Source: Eledone cirrhosa
Taxonomy: Eukaryota
Length of the DNA stretch: 64,000 nt
Direction of reading: 5' to 3'
NCBI GenBank assembly: GCA_964016885.1
Contig: OZ024743.1
Coordinates: 333,374,001-333,438,000 of the forward strand
Under the pieces are notes generated by a model. The model had not been told where the DNA came from, did no database searches, and saw only the letters and a list, made by a program, of their open reading frames with translations. The position numbers and the translations under genes are program-made. Below, piece after piece: positions 1 through 18,000 of the stretch (position 1 is the stretch's first letter; every line of letters begins with the position of its first letter).

Positions 1-3000
1 CGGTGTATAGACATAATTATAAGTTACTCTTACTACACTGGGTCAACAATTTGGTGTACAGACATAATTATAACAGTTACTGTTACTACACTGGGTCAAC
101 AATTTGGTGTACAGACATAATTATAACAGTTACTGTTACTACACTGGATCAACAAGTTGGTGTATAGACATAATTATAACAGTTACAGTTACTACACTGG
201 GTCAACAATTTGGTGTATAGACATAATTATAACTGTTACTACACTGGGTCAACAATTTGGTGTACAGACATAATTATAACAGCTACTGTTACTACACTGG
301 GTCAACAAGTTGGTGTACAGACATAATTATAACAGCTACTGTTACTACACTGGGTCAACAATTTGGTGTACAGACATAATTGTAACAGTTACTGTTACTA
401 CACTGGATCAACAATCTTGTGTACAGACATAATTATAACAGCTACTGTTACTACAATGGGTCAACAATTTGGTGTATAGACATAATTATAACTGTTACTG
501 TTACTACACTGGGTCAACAAGTTGGTGTGTAGACATAATTATAACAGCTACTGTTACTACACTGGGTCAACAACTTGGTGTACAGACATAATTATAACAG
601 TTACTGTTACTACACTGGGTCAACAATTTGGTGTACAGACATAATTATAACAGTTACTGTTACTACACTGGGTCAACAAGATGGTGTATAGACATAATTA
701 TAACAGCTACTGTTACTACACTGTGTCAACAATTTGGTGTACAGACATAATTAAAACAGTTACTGTTGCTACACTGGGTCAACAAGTTGGTGTATAGACA
801 TAATTATAACAGCTACTGTTACTACACTGGCTCAACAATTTGGTGTACAGACATAATTATAACAGTTACTGTTACTACACTGGGTCAACAATTTGGTGTA
901 TAGACTTAATTATAACAGTTACTGTTAATACACTGGGTCAACGAGTTGGTGTATAGACAATTATAACAGCTACTGTTACTACACTGGGTCAACAATTTGG
1001 TGTACAGACATAATTATAACAGTTACTGTTACTACATTGGGCAACAATTTAGTGTACAGACATAATTATAACAGTTAGTGTACAGACATAATTATAACAG
1101 TTACTGTTACTATACTGGGTCAACAATTTGGTGTACAGACATAATTATAACAGTTACTGTTACTACACTGGGTCAACAATTTAGTGTACAGACATAATTA
1201 TAACAGTTACTGTTACTACACTGGGTCAACAATTTGGTGTACAGACATAATTATAACAGTTACTGTTACTACACTGGGTCAACAAGTTGGTGTACAGACA
1301 TAATTATAACAGTTACTGTTACTACACTGGGTCAACAATTTGGTGTACAGACATAATTATAACAGTTACTGTTACTACACTGGGTCAACAATTTGGTGTA
1401 TAGACATAATTATAACTGTTACTGTTACTACACTGGGTCAACAAGTTGGTGTATAGACATAATTATAACTGTTACTGTTACTACACTGGGTCAACAAGTT
1501 GGTGTATAGACATAATTATAACAGTTACTGTTATTACACTGGGTCAACAAGTTGGTGTACAGACAATTATAACAGCTACTGTTACTACACTGGGTCAACA
1601 ATTTGGTGTACAGAGATAATTATAACAGTTACTGTTACTACACTGGGTCAACAATTTGGTGTATAGAGATAATTATAACAGTTACTGTTACTACACTGGG
1701 TCAACAAGTTGGTGTATAGACATAATTATAACAGTTACTGTTACTACACTGGGTCAACAATTTGGTGTACAGACATAATTATAACAGTTACTGTTACTAC
1801 ACTGGTCAACAATTTGGTGTACAGACATAATTATAACAGTTACTGTTACTACCCTGGGTCAACAATTTGGTGTATAGACATAATTATAACAGTTACTGTT
1901 ACTACACTGGGTCAACAAGTCGGTGTATAGACATAATTATAAGTTACTGTTACTACACTGGGTCAACAATTTGGTGTACAGACATAATTATAACAGTTAC
2001 TGTTACTACACTGGGTCAACAATTTGGTGTACAGACATAATTATAACAGTTACTGTTACTACACTGGGTCAACAAGTTGGTGTATAGACATAATTATAAC
2101 AGTTACAGTTACTACACTGGGTCAAAAATTTGGTGTATAGACATAATTATAACTGTTACTGTTACTACACTGGGTCAACAATTTGGTGTACAGACATAAT
2201 TATAACAGTTACTGTTACTACACTGGGTCAACAAGTTGGTGTACAGACGTAATTATAACAGTTACTGTTACTACACTGGGTCAACAAGTTGGTGTATAGA
2301 CATAATTATAACAGTTACTGTTACTACACTGGGGCAACAATTTGGTGTACAGACATAATTATAACAGTTACTGTTACTACACTGGGTCAACAAGTTGGTG
2401 TATAGACATAATTATAACAGCTACTGTTACTACACTGGGTCAACAATTTGGTGTACAGACATAATTATAACAGTTACTGTTACTACACTGGGTCAACAAT
2501 TTGGTGTGACAGACATAATTATAACAGCTACTGTTACTACACTGGGTCAACAAGTTGGTGTATAGACATAATTATAACAGCTACTGTTACTACACTGGGT
2601 CAACAATTTGGTGTATAGACATAATTATAACAGCTACTGTTACTACACTGGGTCAACAATTTGGTGTATAGACATAATTATAACAGTTACTGTTACTACA
2701 CTGGGTCAACAAGTTGGTGTATAGACATAATTATAACAGTTACTGTTACTACACTGGGTCAACAATTTGGTGTACAGACATAATTATAACAGTTACTGTT
2801 ACTACACTGGTCAACAATTTGGTGTATAGACATAATTATAACAGTTACTGTTACTACACTGGGTCAACAATTTGGTGTATAGACATAATTATAACAGTTA
2901 CTGTTACTACACTGGGTCAACAAATCGGTGTATAGACATAATTATAAGTTACTCTTACTACACTGGGTCAACAATTTGGTGTACAGACATAATTATAACA

Positions 3001-6000
3001 GTTACTGTTACTACACTGGGTCAACAATTTGGTGTACAGACATAATTATAACAGTTACTGTTACTACACTGGATCAACAAGTTGGTGTATAGACATAATT
3101 ATAACAGTTACAGTTACTACACTGGGTCAACAATTTGGTGTATAGACATAATTATAACTGTTACTACACTGGGTCAACAATTTGGTGTACAGACATAATT
3201 ATAACAGCTACTGTTACTACACTGGGTCAACAAGTTGGTGTACAGACATAATTATAACAGCTACTGTTACTACACTGGGTCAACAATTTGGTGTACAGAC
3301 ATAATTGTAACAGTTACTGTTACTACACTGGATCAACAATCTTGTGTACAGACATAATTATAACAGCTACTGTTACTACAATGGGTCAACAATTTGGTGT
3401 ATAGACATAATTATAACTGTTACTGTTACTACACTGGGTCAACAAGTTGGTGTGTAGACATAATTATAACAGCTACTGTTACTACACTGGGTCAACAACT
3501 TGGTGTACAGACATAATTATAACAGTTACTGTTACTACACTGGGTCAACAATTTGGTGTACAGACATAATTATAACAGTTACTGTTACTACACTGGGTCA
3601 ACAAGATGGTGTATAGACATAATTATAACAGCTACTGTTACTACACTGTGTCAACAATTTGGTGTACAGACATAATTAAAACAGTTACTGTTGCTACACT
3701 GGGTCAACAAGTTGGTGTATAGACATAATTATAACAGCTACTGTTACTACACTGGCTCAACAATTTGGTGTACAGACATAATTATAACAGTTACTGTTAC
3801 TACACTGGGTCAACAATTTGGTGTATAGACTTAATTATAACAGTTACTGTTAATACACTGGGTCAACGAGTTGGTGTATAAACAATTATAACAGCTACTG
3901 TTACTACACTGGGTCAACAATTTGGTGTACAGACATAATTATAACAGTTACTGTTACTACATTGGGCAACAATTTAGTGTACAGACATAATTATAACAGT
4001 TAGTGTACAGACATAATTATAACAGTTACTGTTACTATACTGGGTCAACAATTTGGTGTACAGACATAATTATAACAGTTACTGTTACTACACTGGGTCA
4101 ACAATTTAGTGTACAGACATAATTATAACAGTTACTGTTACTACACTGGGTCAACAATTTGGTGTACAGACATAATTATAACAGTTACTGTTACTACACT
4201 GGGTCAACAAGTTGGTGTACAGACATAATTATAACAGTTACTGTTACTACACTGGGTCAACAATTTGGTGTACAGACATAATTATAACAGTTACTGTTAC
4301 TACACTGGGTCAACAATTTGGTGTATAGACATAATTATAACTGTTACTGTTACTACACTGGGTCAACAAGTTGGTGTATAGACATAATTATAACTGTTAC
4401 TGTTACTACACTGGGTCAACAAGTTGGTGTATAGACATAATTATAACAGTTACTGTTATTACACTGGGTCAACAAGTTGGTGTACAGACAATTATAACAG
4501 CTACTGTTACTACACTGGGTCAACAATTTGGTGTACAGAGATAATTATAACAGTTACTGTTACTACACTGGGTCAACAATTTGGTGTATAGAGATAATTA
4601 TAACAGTTACTGTTACTACACTGGGTCAACAAGTTGGTGTATAGACATAATTATAACAGTTACTGTTACTACACTGGGTCAACAATTTGGTGTACAGACA
4701 TAATTATAACAGTTACTGTTACTACACTGGTCAACAATTTGGTGTACAGACATAATTATAACAGTTACTGTTACTACCCTGGGTCAACAATTTGGTGTAT
4801 AGACATAATTATAACAGTTACTGTTACTACACTGGGTCAACAAGTCGGTGTATAGACATAATTATAAGTTACTGTTACTACACTGGGTCAACAATTTGGT
4901 GTACAGACATAATTATAACAGTTACTGTTACTACACTGGGTCAACAATTTGGTGTACAGACATAATTATAACAGTTACTGTTACTACACTGGGTCAACAA
5001 GTTGGTGTATAGACATAATTATAACAGTTACAGTTACTACACTGGGTCAACAATTTGGTGTATAGACATAATTATAACTGTTACTGTTACTACACTGGGT
5101 CAACAATTTGGTGTACAGACATAATTATAACAGTTACTGTTACTACACTGGGTCAACAAGTTGGTGTACAGACGTAATTATAACAGTTACTGTTACTACA
5201 CTGGGTCAACAAGTTGGTGTATAGACATAATTATAACAGTTACTGTTACTACACTGGGGCAACAATTTGGTGTACAGACATAATTATAACAGTTACTGTT
5301 ACTACACTGGGTCAACAAGTTGGTGTATAGACATAATTATAACAGCTACTGTTACTACACTGGGTCAACAATTTGGTGTACAGACATAATTATAACAGTT
5401 ACTGTTACTACACTGGGTCAACAATTTGGTGTGACAGACATAATTATAACAGCTACTGTTACTACACTGGGTCAACAAGTTGGTGTATAGACATAATTAT
5501 AACAGCTACTGTTACTACACTGGGTCAACAATTTGGTGTATAGACATAATTATAACTGTTACTGTTACTACACTGGGTCAACAATTTGGTGTATAGACAT
5601 AATTATAACTGTTACTGTTACTACACTGGGTCAACAACTTGGTGTACAGACATAATTATAACAGTTACTGTTACTACACTGGGTCAACAATTTGGTGTAC
5701 AGACATAATTATAACAGTTACTGTTACTACACTGGGTCAACAAGTTGGTGTATAGACATAATTATAACAGCTACTGTTACTACACTGTGTCAACAATTTG
5801 GTGTACAGACATAATTAAAACAGTTACTGTTGCTACACTGGGTCAACAAGTTGGTGTATAGACATAATTATAACAGCTACTGTTACTACACTGGGTCAAT
5901 AACTTGGTGTACAGACATAATTATAACAGTTACTGTTACTACACTGGGTCAACAATTTGGTGTATAGACATAATTATAACAGTTACTGTTAATACACTGG

Positions 6001-9000
6001 GTCAACAAGTTGGTGTACAGACAATTATAACAGCTACTGTTACTACACTGGGTCAACAATTTGGTGTACAGACATAATTATAACAGTTACTGTTACAACA
6101 CTGGGTCAACAAGTTGGTGTATAGACATAATTATAACAGCTACTGTTACTACACTGTGTCAACAATTTGGTGTACAGACATAATTAAAACAGTTACTGTT
6201 GCTACACTGGGTCAACAAGTTGGTGTATAGACATAATTATAACAGCTACTGTTACTACACTGGGTCAACAATTTGGTGTACAGACATAATTATAACAGTT
6301 ACTGTTACTACACTGGGTCAACAATTTGGTGTATAGACTTAATTATAACAGTTACTGTTAATACACTGGGTCAACGAGTTGGTGTATAGACAATTATAAC
6401 AGCTACTGTTACTACACTGGGTCAACAATTTGGTGTACAGACATAATTATAACAGTTACTGTTACTACATTGGGTCAACAATTTAGTGTACAGACATAAT
6501 TATAACAGTTAGTGTACAGACATAATTATAACAGTTACTGTTACTATACTGGGTCAACAATTTGGTGTACAGACATAATTATAACAGTTACTGTTACTAC
6601 ACTGGGTCAACAATTTGGTGTACAGACATAATCATAACAGTTACTGTTACTACACTGGGTCAACAAGTTGGTGTACAGACATAATTATAACAGTTACTGT
6701 TACTACACTGGGTCAACAATTTGGTGTACAGACATAATTATAACAGTTACTGTTACTACACTGGGTCAACAATTTGGTGTATAGACATAATTATAACTGT
6801 TACTGTTACTACACTGGGTCAACAAGTTGGTGTATAGACATAATTATAACTGTTACTGTTACTACACTGGGTCAACAAGTTGGTGTATAGACATAATTAT
6901 AACAGTTACTGTTATTACACTGGGTCAACAAGTTGGTGTACAGACAATTATAACAGCTACTGTTACTACACTGGGTCAACAATTTGGTGTACAGACATAA
7001 TTACAACAGTTACTGTTACTACACTGGGTCAACAATTTGGTGTATAGAGATAATTATAACAGTTACTGTTACTACACTGGGTCAACAAGTTGGTGTACAG
7101 ACATAATTATAACAGTTACTGTTACTACACTGGGTCAACAATTTGGTGTACAGACATAATTATAACAGTTACTGTTACTATACTGGGTCAACAATTTAGT
7201 GTACAGACATAAGTATAACAGTTACTGTTACTATACTGGGTCAACAATTTGGTGTACAGACATAATTATAACAGTTACGGTTACTACACTGGGTCAACAA
7301 TTTGGTGTACAAACATAATTATAACAGTTACTGTTACTACACTGGGTCAACAATTTGGTGTACTGACATAATTATAACAGTTACTGTTACTACACTGGGT
7401 CAACAATTTGGTGTACAGACATAATTATAACAATAACTGTTACTACACTGGGTCAACAATTTAGTTTACAGACATAATTATAACAGTTACTGTTACTACA
7501 CTGGGTCAGCAATTTAGTGTACAGACATAATTATAACAGTTACTGTTACTACACTGGGTCAACAATTTGGTGTACAGACATAATTATAACAGTTACTGTT
7601 ACTATACTGGTCAACAATTTGGTGTACAGACATAATTATAACAGTTACTGTTACTACACTGGGTCAACAATTTAGTGTACAGACATAATTATAACAGTTA
7701 CTGTTACTACACTGGTCAACAATTTGGTGTACAGACATAATTATAACAGTTACTGTTACTACACTGGGTCAACAAGTTGGTGTACAGACATAATTATAAC
7801 AGTTACTGTTACCACACTGGGTCAACAATTTGGTGTACAGACATAATTATAACAGTTACTGTTACTACACTGGGTCAACAATTTGGTGTATAGACATAAT
7901 TATAACTGTTACTGTTACTACACTGGGTCAACAAGTTGGTGTATAGACATAATTATAACAGTTACTGTTACTACACTGGGTCAACAATTTGGTGTACAGA
8001 CATAATTATAACAGTTACAGTTACTACACTGGGTCAACAATTTGGTGTATAGACATAATTATAACTGTTACTGTTACTACACTGGGCCAACAATTTGGTG
8101 TACAGACATAATTATAACAGTTACTGTTACTACACTGGGTCAACAATTTGGTGTATAGACATAATTATAACTGTTACTGTTACTACACTGGGTCAACAAG
8201 TTGGTGTATAGACATAATTATAACAGTTACTGTTACTACACTGGGTCAACAATTTGGTGTACAGACATAATTATAACAGTTACAGTTACTACACTGGTCA
8301 ACAATTTGGTGTATAGACATAATTATAACTGCTACTGTTACTACACTGGGTCAACAATTTGGTGTACAGACATAATTATAACAGTTACCGTTACTACACT
8401 GGGTCAACAATTTGGTGTATAGACATAATTATAACTGTTACTGTTACTACACTGGGTCAACAATTTGATGTACAGACATAATTATAAAAGTTATAGTTAC
8501 TACACTGGGTCAACAATTTGGTGTACAGACATAATTATAACAGTTACTGTTACTACACTGGGTCAACAAGTTGGTGTACAGTTATAATTATAACAGTTAC
8601 TGTTACTACACTGGGTCAACAAGTTGGTGTATAGACATAATTATAACAGTTACTGTTACTACACTGGGTCAACAAGTTGGTGTATAGACATAATTATAAC
8701 AGCTACTGTTACTACACTGGGTCAACAATTTGGTGTACAGACATAATTATAACCGTTACTGTTACTACACTGGGTCAACAATTTGGTGTACAGACATAAT
8801 TATAACAGTTACTGTTACTACACTGGGTCAACAATTTGGTGTATAGACATAATTATAACAGTTACTGTTACTACACTGGGTCAACAAGTTGGTGTATAGA
8901 CATAATTATAACAGCTACTGTTACTACACTGGGTCAACAAGTTGGTGTACAGAATTATAACAGCTACTGTTACTACACTGGGTCAACAATTTGGTGTACA

Positions 9001-12000
9001 GACAATTATAACAGTTACTGTTACTACAATGGGTCAACAATTTGGTGTATAGACATAATTATAACAGTTACTGTTACTACACTGGTCAACAAGTTGGTGT
9101 ACAGACATAATTATAACAGTTACTGTTACTATACTGGGTCAACAATTTGGTGTATAGACATAATTATAACAGTTACTGTTACTACACTGGGTCAACAATT
9201 TGGTGTATAGACATAATTATAACAGTTACTGTTACTACACTGGGTCAACAATTTGGTGTATAGACATAATTATAACAGTTACTGTTACTACACTGAGTCA
9301 ACAATTTGGTGTACAGACATAATTATAACAGTTACTGTTACTACATTGGGTCAACAATTTAGTGTACAGACATAATTATAACAGTTACTGTTACTATACT
9401 GGGTCAACAATTTGGTGTACAGACATAATTATAACAGTTACTGTTACTACACTGGGTCAACAATTTAGTGTACAGACATAATTATAACAGTTAGTTACTA
9501 CACTGGGTCAACAATTTGGTGTACAGACATAATTATAACAGTTACTGTTACTAGACTGGGTCAACAAGTTGGTGTACAGACATAATTATAACAGTTACTG
9601 TTACTACACTGGGTCAACAAGTTGGTGTAGACATAATTATAACAGTTACTGTTACTACACTGGGTCAACAATTTGGTGTATAGACATAATTAAAACAGTT
9701 ACTGTTACTACACTGGGTCAACAATTTGGTGTACAGACATAATTATAACAGTTACTGTTACTACACTGGGTCAACAATTTGGTGTATAGACATAATTAAA
9801 ACAGTTACTGTTACTACACTGGGTCAACAATTTGGTGTACAGACATAATTATAACAGTTACTGTTACTACACTGGGTCAACAATTTGGTGTACAGACATA
9901 ATTATAAAAGTTATTGTTACTACACTGGGTCAACAAGTTGGTGTACAGACGTAATTATAACAGTTACTGTTACTACACTGGGGCAACAATTTGGTGTACA
10001 GACATAATTATAACAGTTACTGTTACTACACTGGGTCAACAAGTTGGTGTATAGACATAATTATAACAGCTACTGTTACTACACTGGGTCAACAATTTGG
10101 TGTACAGACATAATTATAACAGTTACTGTTACTACACTGGGTCAACAATTTGGTGTACAGACATAATTATAACAGTTACTGTTACTACACTGGGTCAACA
10201 ATTTGGTGTATAGACATAATTATAACAGCTACTGTTACTACACTGGGTCAACAAGTTGGTGTACAGACATAATTATAACAGCTACTGTTACTACACTGGG
10301 TCAACAATTTGGTGTACAGACATAATTATAACAGTTACTGTTACTACACTGGGTCAACAATTTGGTGTATAGACATAATTATAACAGTTACTGTTACTAC
10401 ACTGGGTCAACAATTTGGTGTACAGACATAATTATAACAGTTACTGTTACTACACTGGGTCAACAATTTGGTGTACAGACATAATTATAACAGCTACTGT
10501 TACTACACTGGGTCAACAAGTTGGTGTACAGACATAATTATAACAGCTACTGTTACTACACTGGGTCAACAATTTGGTGTACAGACATAATTATAACAGT
10601 TACTGTTACTACACTGGGTCAACAATCTTGTGTACAGACATAATTATAACAGCTACTGTTACTACACTGGGTCAACAATTTGGTGTATAGACATAATTAT
10701 AACTGTTACTGTTACTACACTGGGTCAACAAGTTGGTGTGTAGACATAATTATAACAGCTACTGTTACTACACTGGGTCAACAACTTGGTGTACAGACAT
10801 AATTATAACAGTTACTGTTACTACACTGGGTCAACAATTTGGTGTACAGACATAATTATAACAGTTACTGTTACTACACTGGGTCAACAAGTTGGTGTAT
10901 AGACATAATTATAACAGCTACTGTTACTACACTGTGTCAACAATTTGGTGTACAGACATAATTAAAACAGTTACTGTTGCTACACTGGGTCAACAAGTTG
11001 GTGTATAGACATAATTATAACAGCTACTGTTACTACACTGGGTCAACAATTTGGTGTACAGACATAATTATAACAGTTACTGTTACTACATTGGGTCAAC
11101 AATTTAGTGTACAGACATAATTATAACAGTTAGTGTACAGACATAATTATAACAGTTACTGTTACTATACTGGGTCAACAATTTGGTGTACAGACATAAT
11201 TATAACAGTAACTGTTACTACACTGGGTCAACAATTTGGTGTATAGACATAATTATAACAGTTACTGTTACTACACTGGGTCAACAAGTTGGTGTATAGA
11301 CATAATTATAACAGTTACTGTTACTACACTGGGTCAACAATTTGGTGTACAGACATAATTATAACAGTTACTGTTACTACACTGGTCAACAATTTGGTGT
11401 ACAGACATAATTATAACAGTTACTGTTACTACACTGGGTCAACAATTTGGTGTATAGACATAATTATAACAGTTACTGTTACTACACTGGGTCAACAAAT
11501 CGGTGTATAGACATAATTATAAGTTACTCTTACTACACTGGGTCAACAATTTGGTGTACAGACATAATTATAACAGTTACTGTTACTACACTGGGTCAAC
11601 AATTTGGTGTACAGACATAATTATAACAGTTACTGTTACTACACTGGATCAACAAGTTGGTGTATAGACATAATTATAACAGTTACAGTTACTACACTGG
11701 GTCAACAATTTGGTGTATAGACATAATTATAACTGTTACTACACTGGGTCAACAATTTGGTGTACAGACATAATTATAACAGCTACTGTTACTACACTGG
11801 GTCAACAAGTTGGTGTACAGACATAATTATAACAGCTACTGTTACTACACTGGGTCAACAATTTGGTGTACAGACATAATTGTAACAGTTACTGTTACTA
11901 CACTGGATCAACAATCTTGTGTACAGACATAATTATAACAGCTACTGTTACTACAATGGGTCAACAATTTGGTGTATAGACATAATTATAACTGTTACTG

Positions 12001-15000
12001 TTACTACACTGGGTCAACAAGTTGGTGTGTAGACATAATTATAACAGCTACTGTTACTACACTGGGTCAACAACTTGGTGTACAGACATAATTATAACAG
12101 TTACTGTTACTACACTGGGTCAACAATTTGGTGTACAGACATAATTATAACAGTTACTGTTACTACACTGGGTCAACAAGATGGTGTATAGACATAATTA
12201 TAACAGCTACTGTTACTACACTGTGTCAACAATTTGGTGTACAGACATAATTAAAACAGTTACTGTTGCTACACTGGGTCAACAAGTTGGTGTATAGACA
12301 TAATTATAACAGCTACTGTTACTACACTGGCTCAACAATTTGGTGTACAGACATAATTATAACAGTTACTGTTACTACACTGGGTCAACAATTTGGTGTA
12401 TAGACTTAATTATAACAGTTACTGTTAATACACTGGGTCAACGAGTTGGTGTATAGACAATTATAACAGCTACTGTTACTACACTGGGTCAACAATTTGG
12501 TGTACAGACATAATTATAACAGTTACTGTTACTACATTGGGCAACAATTTAGTGTACAGACATAATTATAACAGTTAGTGTACAGACATAATTATAACAG
12601 TTACTGTTACTATACTGGGTCAACAATTTGGTGTACAGACATAATTATAACAGTTACTGTTACTACACTGGGTCAACAATTTAGTGTACAGACATAATTA
12701 TAACAGTTACTGTTACTACACTGGGTCAACAATTTGGTGTACAGACATAATTATAACAGTTACTGTTACTACACTGGGTCAACAAGTTGGTGTACAGACA
12801 TAATTATAACAGTTACTGTTACTACACTGGGTCAACAATTTGGTGTACAGACATAATTATAACAGTTACTGTTACTACACTGGGTCAACAATTTGGTGTA
12901 TAGACATAATTATAACTGTTACTGTTACTACACTGGGTCAACAAGTTGGTGTATAGACATAATTATAACTGTTACTGTTACTACACTGGGTCAACAAGTT
13001 GGTGTATAGACATAATTATAACAGTTACTGTTATTACACTGGGTCAACAAGTTGGTGTACAGACAATTATAACAGCTACTGTTACTACACTGGGTCAACA
13101 ATTTGGTGTACAGAGATAATTATAACAGTTACTGTTACTACACTGGGTCAACAATTTGGTGTATAGAGATAATTATAACAGTTACTGTTACTACACTGGG
13201 TCAACAAGTTGGTGTATAGACATAATTATAACAGTTACTGTTACTACACTGGGTCAACAATTTGGTGTACAGACATAATTATAACAGTTACTGTTACTAC
13301 ACTGGTCAACAATTTGGTGTACAGACATAATTATAACAGTTACTGTTACTACCCTGGGTCAACAATTTGGTGTATAGACATAATTATAACAGTTACTGTT
13401 ACTACACTGGGTCAACAAGTCGGTGTATAGACATAATTATAAGTTACTGTTACTACACTGGGTCAACAATTTGGTGTACAGACATAATTATAACAGTTAC
13501 TGTTACTACACTGGGTCAACAATTTGGTGTACAGACATAATTATAACAGTTACTGTTACTACACTGGGTCAACAAGTTGGTGTATAGACATAATTATAAC
13601 AGTTACAGTTACTACACTGGGTCAACAATTTGGTGTATAGACATAATTATAACTGTTACTGTTACTACACTGGGTCAACAATTTGGTGTACAGACATAAT
13701 TATAACAGTTACTGTTACTACACTGGGTCAACAAGTTGGTGTACAGACGTAATTATAACAGTTACTGTTACTACACTGGGTCAACAAGTTGGTGTATAGA
13801 CATAATTATAACAGTTACTGTTACTACACTGGGGCAACAATTTGGTGTACAGACATAATTATAACAGTTACTGTTACTACACTGGGTCAACAAGTTGGTG
13901 TATAGACATAATTATAACAGCTACTGTTACTACACTGGGTCAACAATTTGGTGTACAGACATAATTATAACAGTTACTGTTACTACACTGGGTCAACAAT
14001 TTGGTGTGACAGACATAATTATAACAGCTACTGTTACTACACTGGGTCAACAAGTTGGTGTATAGACATAATTATAACAGCTACTGTTACTACACTGGGT
14101 CAACAATTTGGTGTATAGACATAATTATAACTGTTACTGTTACTACACTGGGTCAACAATTTGGTGTATAGACATAATTATAACTGTTACTGTTACTACA
14201 CTGGGTCAACAACTTGGTGTACAGACATAATTATAACAGTTACTGTTACTACACTGGGTCAACAATTTGGTGTACAGACATAATTATAACAGTTACTGTT
14301 ACTACACTGGGTCAACAAGTTGGTGTATAGACATAATTATAACAGCTACTGTTACTACACTGTGTCAACAATTTGGTGTACAGACATAATTAAAACAGTT
14401 ACTGTTGCTACACTGGGTCAACAAGTTGGTGTATAGACATAATTATAACAGCTACTGTTACTACACTGGGTCAATAACTTGGTGTACAGACATAATTATA
14501 ACAGTTACTGTTACTACACTGGGTCAACAATTTGGTGTATAGACATAATTATAACAGTTACTGTTAATACACTGGGTCAACAAGTTGGTGTACAGACAAT
14601 TATAACAGCTACTGTTACTACACTGGGTCAACAATTTGGTGTACAGACATAATTATAACAGTTACTGTTACAACACTGGGTCAACAAGTTGGTGTATAGA
14701 CATAATTATAACAGCTACTGTTACTACACTGTGTCAACAATTTGGTGTACAGACATAATTAAAACAGTTACTGTTGCTACACTGGGTCAACAAGTTGGTG
14801 TATAGACATAATTATAACAGCTACTGTTACTACACTGGGTCAACAATTTGGTGTACAGACATAATTATAACAGTTACTGTTACTACACTGGGTCAACAAT
14901 TTGGTGTATAGACTTAATTATAACAGTTACTGTTAATACACTGGGTCAACGAGTTGGTGTATAGACAATTATAACAGCTACTGTTACTACACTGGGTCAA

Positions 15001-18000
15001 CAATTTGGTGTACAGACATAATTATAACAGTTACTGTTACTACATTGGGTCAACAATTTAGTGTACAGACATAATTATAACAGTTAGTGTACAGACATAA
15101 TTATAACAGTTACTGTTACTATACTGGGTCAACAATTTGGTGTACAGACATAATTATAACAGTTACTGTTACTACACTGGGTCAACAATTTGGTGTACAG
15201 ACATAATCATAACAGTTACTGTTACTACACTGGGTCAACAAGTTGGTGTACAGACATAATTATAACAGTTACTGTTACTACACTGGGTCAACAATTTGGT
15301 GTACAGACATAATTATAACAGTTACTGTTACTACACTGGGTCAACAATTTGGTGTATAGACATAATTATAACTGTTACTGTTACTACACTGGGTCAACAA
15401 GTTGGTGTATAGACATAATTATAACTGTTACTGTTACTACACTGGGTCAACAAGTTGGTGTATAGACATAATTATAACAGTTACTGTTATTACACTGGGT
15501 CAACAAGTTGGTGTACAGACAATTATAACAGCTACTGTTACTACACTGGGTCAACAATTTGGTGTACAGACATAATTACAACAGTTACTGTTACTACACT
15601 GGGTCAACAATTTGGTGTATAGAGATAATTATAACAGTTACTGTTACTACACTGGGTCAACAAGTTGGTGTACAGACATAATTATAACAGTTACTGTTAC
15701 TACACTGGGTCAACAATTTGGTGTACAGACATAATTATAACAGTTACTGTTACTATACTGGGTCAACAATTTAGTGTACAGACATAAGTATAACAGTTAC
15801 TGTTACTATACTGGGTCAACAATTTGGTGTACAGACATAATTATAACAGTTACGGTTACTACACTGGGTCAACAATTTGGTGTAGACATAATTATAACAG
15901 TTACTGTTACTACACTGGGTCAACAATTTGGTGTACAGACAATTATAACAGTTACTGTTACTACACTGGGTCAACAATTTAGTGTACATACATAATTATA
16001 ACAGTTACTGTTACTACACTGGGTCAGCAATTTAGTGTACAGACATAATTATAACAGTTACTGTTACTACACTGGGTCAACAATTTGGTGTACAGACATA
16101 ATTATAACAGTTACTGTTACTATACTGGGTCAACAATTTGGTGTACAGACATAATTATAACAGTTACTGTTACTACACTGGGTCAACAATTTGGTGTACA
16201 GACATAATTATAACAGTTACTGTTACTATACTGGGTCAACAATTTAGTGTACAGACATAATTATAACAGTTACTGTTACTATACTGGGTCAACAATTTGG
16301 TGTACAAACATAATTATAACAGTTACTGTTACTACACTGGGTCAACAATTTGGTGTACTGACATAATTATAACAGTTACTGTTACTACACTGGGTCAACA
16401 ATTTGGTGTACAGACATAATTATAACAATAACTGTTACTACACTGGGTCAACAATTTAGTTTACAGACATAATTATAACAGTTACTGTTACTACACTGGG
16501 TCAGCAATTTAGTGTACAGACATAATTATAACAGTTACTGTTACTACACTGGGTCAACAATTTGGTGTACAGACATAATTATAACAGTTACTGTTACTAC
16601 ACTGGGTCAACAATTTGGTGTACAGACATAATTATAACAGTTACTGTTACTACACTGGGTGAAGAAGTTGGTGTACAGACATAATTATAACAGTTACTGT
16701 TACTACACTGGGGGAACAATTTGGTGTATAGACATAATTATAACAGTTACTGTTACTACACTGGGGCAACAATTTGGTGTACAGACATAATTATAACAGT
16801 TACTGTTACTAGACTGGGTCAACAATTTGGTGTACAGACATAATTATAACAGTTACTGTTACTACACTGGGTCAACAATTTGGTGTACAGACATAATTAT
16901 AACAGTTACTGTTACTACACTGGGTGAAGAAGTTGGTGTACAGACATAATTATAACAGTTACTGTTACTACACTGGGTCAACAATTTGGTGTACAGACAA
17001 TTATAACAGTTACTGTTACTACACTGGGTCAACAATTTGGTGTACAGACATAATTATAACAGTTACTGTTACCACACTGGGTCAACAATTTGGTGTACAG
17101 ACAATTATAACAGTTACTGTTACTACACTGGGTCAACAATTTGGTGTATAGACATAATTATAACTGTTACTGTTACTACACGGGGTCAACAAGTTGGTGT
17201 ATAGACATAATTATAACAGTTACTGTTACTACACTGGGTCAACAATTTGGTGTACAGACATAATTATAACAGTTACAGTTACTACACTGGGTCAACAATT
17301 TGGTGTATAGACATAATTATAACTGTTACTGTTACTACACTGGGCCAACAATTTGGTGTACAGACATAATTATAACAGTTACTGTTACTACACTGGGTCA
17401 ACAATTTGCTGTATAGACATAATTATAACTGTTACTGTTACTACACTGGGTCAACAAGTTGGTGTATAGACATAATTATAACAGTTACTGTTACTACACT
17501 GGGTCAACAATTTGGTGTACAGACATAATTATAACAGCTACAGTTACTACACTGGGTCAACAATTTGGTGTATAGACATAATTATAACTGTTACTGTTAC
17601 TACACTGGGTCAACAATTTGATGTACAGACATAATTATAAAAGTTATAGTTACTACACTGGGTCAACAATTTGGTGTACAGACATAATTATAACAGTTAC
17701 TGTTACTACACTGGGTCAACAAGTTGGTGTACAGTTGTAATTATAACAGTTACTGTTACTACACTGGGTCAACAAGTTGGTGTATAGACATAATTATAAC
17801 AGTTACTGTTACTACACTGGGTCAACAAGTTGGTGTATAGACATAATTATAACAGCTACTGTTACTACACTGGGTCAACAATTTGGTGTACAGACATAAT
17901 TATAACAGTTACTGTTACTACACTGGGTCAACAATTTGGTGTACAGACATAATTATAACAGTTACTGTTACTACACTGGGTCAACAATTTGGTGTATAGA